From an uncultured Aquiluna sp. (GTDB lineage: Bacteria; Actinomycetota; Actinomycetes; Actinomycetales; Microbacteriaceae): DNA of 64,000 nt. Position numbers and translations under genes: made by a program. The notes under the pieces are model-generated. The model was given only the letters and a program-made list of their open reading frames with translations. It ran no database searches and was not told the origin of the DNA. Where the stretch lies: assembly GCA_964597935.1 (NCBI GenBank), contig CAZQZY010000001.1:19765-83764 (forward strand), written 5' to 3'. Shown piece by piece: positions 62,084 through 64,000 of this stretch. How positions within the stretch are numbered: the stretch's first letter is position 1; every line of letters starts with the position of its first letter.

Positions 62084-62918
62084 TCACTGCGCTGACAATC
62101 GCTCCGGCAAGGAAGTTCAGGAAGATAAACCTGCGCCAACCACGGTTTGCCTGCTCGCAGGTGTCGTCCGTGATCTGCCACTCCCTGCCAACAACAAACA
62201 GGTAAGGCAACGCTGCAAGCGCTGCTTGGGGATATCGATCACCCAGGAAAAGCGTGGTCACTCCGGCGACCAAATACATCACAAATGCGATTCGAACCGT
62301 GGCCTTGGCACCCAGCACTGTCGCGATTGAAGCAATGCCGGCCTCTCGATCTGCGCGGATGTCCTGCACCGCACCAAATGCATGGGATGCCATCCCCCAG
62401 AGCGTGAAGCTCAGTGTCACAAGCCAGACTCGAAGGTCGAACCTAGTTTCGGTAAGTGTCAGCGCGAACAGCATCGGGCCGACAAAGTGCATTGCGGATG
62501 TGAAGGAGTCGAGAAATGGGATCTCCTTGAATCGCAGTCCGCCAAGGCTGTAGGCAACTACCAAAAACAAAACAGCCAGCAGCACTAAACCACTGAGTAA
62601 ATTACCCGCCAGCAGAAGATAGATCGTGAAGGGGATTGCCAGCCCGAAAGAGATAAGCAGTGTGGGGCGGTGGTACTTGGGTTCAAGTAGCCCACCCTCT
62701 ATCCCACCCTTGCGCGGATTGCGAAGGTCAGAGGGGTAATCGAAAACATCGTTTACCCCATACATCAGAAGGTTGTAGGGAATCAAAAAGAAAAGCGTGC
62801 CAACAATCAGGCGCGCGTCTATCTCCCCGGAGCTAAGAAAGTAGGCCGCGCCAAACGGGAATGCGGTGTTGATCCAAGAGATTGGCCTCGAGGAAACGAA
62901 AAGTTTTTTCAGCATCAC
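62061..62918 (-). CDS. crtEb: UbiA-family prenyltransferase, lycopene elongase (C50 carotenoid)
   Basis: SSRPISWINTAFPF, YGVNDVFDY, RNPRKGG, GAVQDI; downstream of crtI and the cyclases. Confidence 0.87.
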   Translation of the reverse strand: MMLKKLFVSSRPISWINTAFPFGAAYFLSSGEIDARLIVGTLFFLIPYNLLMYGVNDVFDYPSDLRNPRKGGIEGGLLEPKYHRPTLLISFGLAIPFTIYLLLAGNLLSGLVLLAVLFLVVAYSLGGLRFKEIPFLDSFTSAMHFVGPMLFALTLTETRFDLRVWLVTLSFTLWGMASHAFGAVQDIRADREAGIASIATVLGAKATVRIAFVMYLVAGVTTLFLGDRYPQAALAALPYLFVVGREWQITDDTCEQANRGWRRFIFLNFLAGAIVSAVIIGPQPN

Positions 62919-63199
62919 TTTTTCCTGAACATTTCAAAAAGTGATGGAGTCAAGACCAGTGCCACCAGAGTGTAGGCAAAGTCTTCAATTGGTGCATAGC
63001 CGAGCATGATCCCCGAAAGCTTAGAGGTGTCGTATGCCACGATGCCGGTGCCGATGATGACGTTATCGAAAATCAAGGTCAAAGTAAGCATCACCAAGGC
63101 GGTTATCAGAACGGGCTTTAGTTTGAGCTGCTTTCGCACCAGCAAGGTGTAGATGGTGAAGATGCCCAGAACAATAGCGGTCAACATTGGGTAGCTCAT
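62915..63199 (-). CDS. C50 carotenoid cyclase subunit (CrtYf/Yh-like)
   Basis: LTLIFDNVII, APIEDFAY. Confidence 0.82.
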   Translation of the reverse strand: MSYPMLTAIVLGIFTIYTLLVRKQLKLKPVLITALVMLTLTLIFDNVIIGTGIVAYDTSKLSGIMLGYAPIEDFAYTLVALVLTPSLFEMFRKK

Positions 63200-63510
63200 T
63201 TGGCCGCCCATCTGTAAACCACCAAGGTGTTGTAGGAAAGCAGGATTAGAAAGAACACTTCTTCCAGTGGCAGCTCCGGAGCAAGCAGTATTCCACTTAG
63301 GTGGGGTGCGTCACCCCGGAAGAAAATGCCGTTCGCAATTCCGACTACGTCCCAGATAAGAAATACCACCACCGAGAGTCCAACTGCCAACAAAGTGGCT
63401 CTGGGGTCAACAAAAAGCGCAACTCGGTGCGTCCAGTCCAAAAGTCCGACCCCGAGTATCGAAAACAAAAGTGCAATCAGGTACAGGTAGGGGACTACCT
63501 CCTGGATCAC
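63196..63510 (-). CDS. C50 carotenoid cyclase subunit (CrtYe/Yg-like)
   Basis: FLIWDVVGI, APELPLEEVFFL. Confidence 0.82.
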   Translation of the reverse strand: MIQEVVPYLYLIALLFSILGVGLLDWTHRVALFVDPRATLLAVGLSVVVFLIWDVVGIANGIFFRGDAPHLSGILLAPELPLEEVFFLILLSYNTLVVYRWAAK

Positions 63511-64000
63511 TTCAGGCCTCTCCAGCTCTTCACTGGTTTTAGCTCACCCTTGATCGGGCCGGAGCTACGGTCATCAACCAGGTGCTTATAAACCAGCTCG
63601 GCTCCAATCAAACACATCGGCAAGCCGATGCCTGGGATGGTGTTGTGTCCTGTGTAGAGCAGGTTCCTAACCTTCTTCGACTTGTTGGAAGGTCTGAAGA
63701 AGGCGCTCTGAGTGAGAGTGTGTGCCATGCCAAGCGCGGTGCCGCTCCAAGCGTTTAACTCCGCTTCGAAGTTTGCCGGTCCAACAGTTCTTCGAACCAC
63801 GATGCGGTCCTTGAGATCTGGAATATTGCACCACTTTGCAATCTGATCGATTATGCGATCAGCTTCTGCCTCAAACTGCGGGTCGCCATCGCCGTTGATG
63901 CCACCGCGACCTATTGCCGGGTCTGCAGCGGTTGGCACCAGCACAAAGAGGTTCTCATGGTCGGAAGGTGCAACACTCGGGTCGGTCTTAGAAGGCATGC
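63507..64000 (-). CDS. crtI: phytoene desaturase (C-terminal part, runs off window end)
   Basis: PSKTDPSVAP, ENLFVLVP, AHTLTQSAFFRP, PGIGLPMCLI.AE. Confidence 0.9.
   Translation of the reverse strand, partial: MPSKTDPSVAPSDHENLFVLVPTAADPAIGRGGINGDGDPQFEAEADRIIDQIAKWCNIPDLKDRIVVRRTVGPANFEAELNAWSGTALGMAHTLTQSAFFRPSNKSKKVRNLLYTGHNTIPGIGLPMCLIGAELVYKHLVDDRSSGPIKGELKPVKSWRGLK

Noticed and set aside
1-64000. CRISPR array, IS element, prophage or defence system
   Set aside because: No spaced repeats, transposase, integrase or phage genes were recognised

Overview
Gene-dense core-chromosome segment of a small-genome actinobacterium. Gene order, short intergenic spaces and the carotenoid/retinal genes suggest a freshwater Microbacteriaceae of the Aquiluna/Rhodoluna type (inference). 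In order: sdhCDAB; manC; a nucleoside ABC uptake/catabolism cluster (BMP lipoprotein, ATPase, two permeases, cdd, deoA, add, orphan PTS IIA/IIB, punA, phosphomutase); lpdA; acyl-CoA carboxylase genes with birA; a response regulator/kinase/pseudokinase triad; purKE; a large LysM protein; galE; whiB2-GT2-DUF5719; manB-ahcY-mtrAB-lpqB; comF-hpf-secA; pdtaS/whiB1; tRNA-Lys(CTT); two bcp paralogs; a lycopene cyclase pair divergent from blh; metZ/malY; and the end of a C50 carotenoid operon. No mobile element, CRISPR array or rRNA was seen. The best unexplained signal is a roughly 88-nt, three-hairpin, intrinsically terminated candidate sRNA (24014-24101, minus strand). It has a promoter-like -10 and a palindromic operator array, and lies directly downstream of the two-component triad. 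All calls come from reading motifs by eye; no database searches were run.
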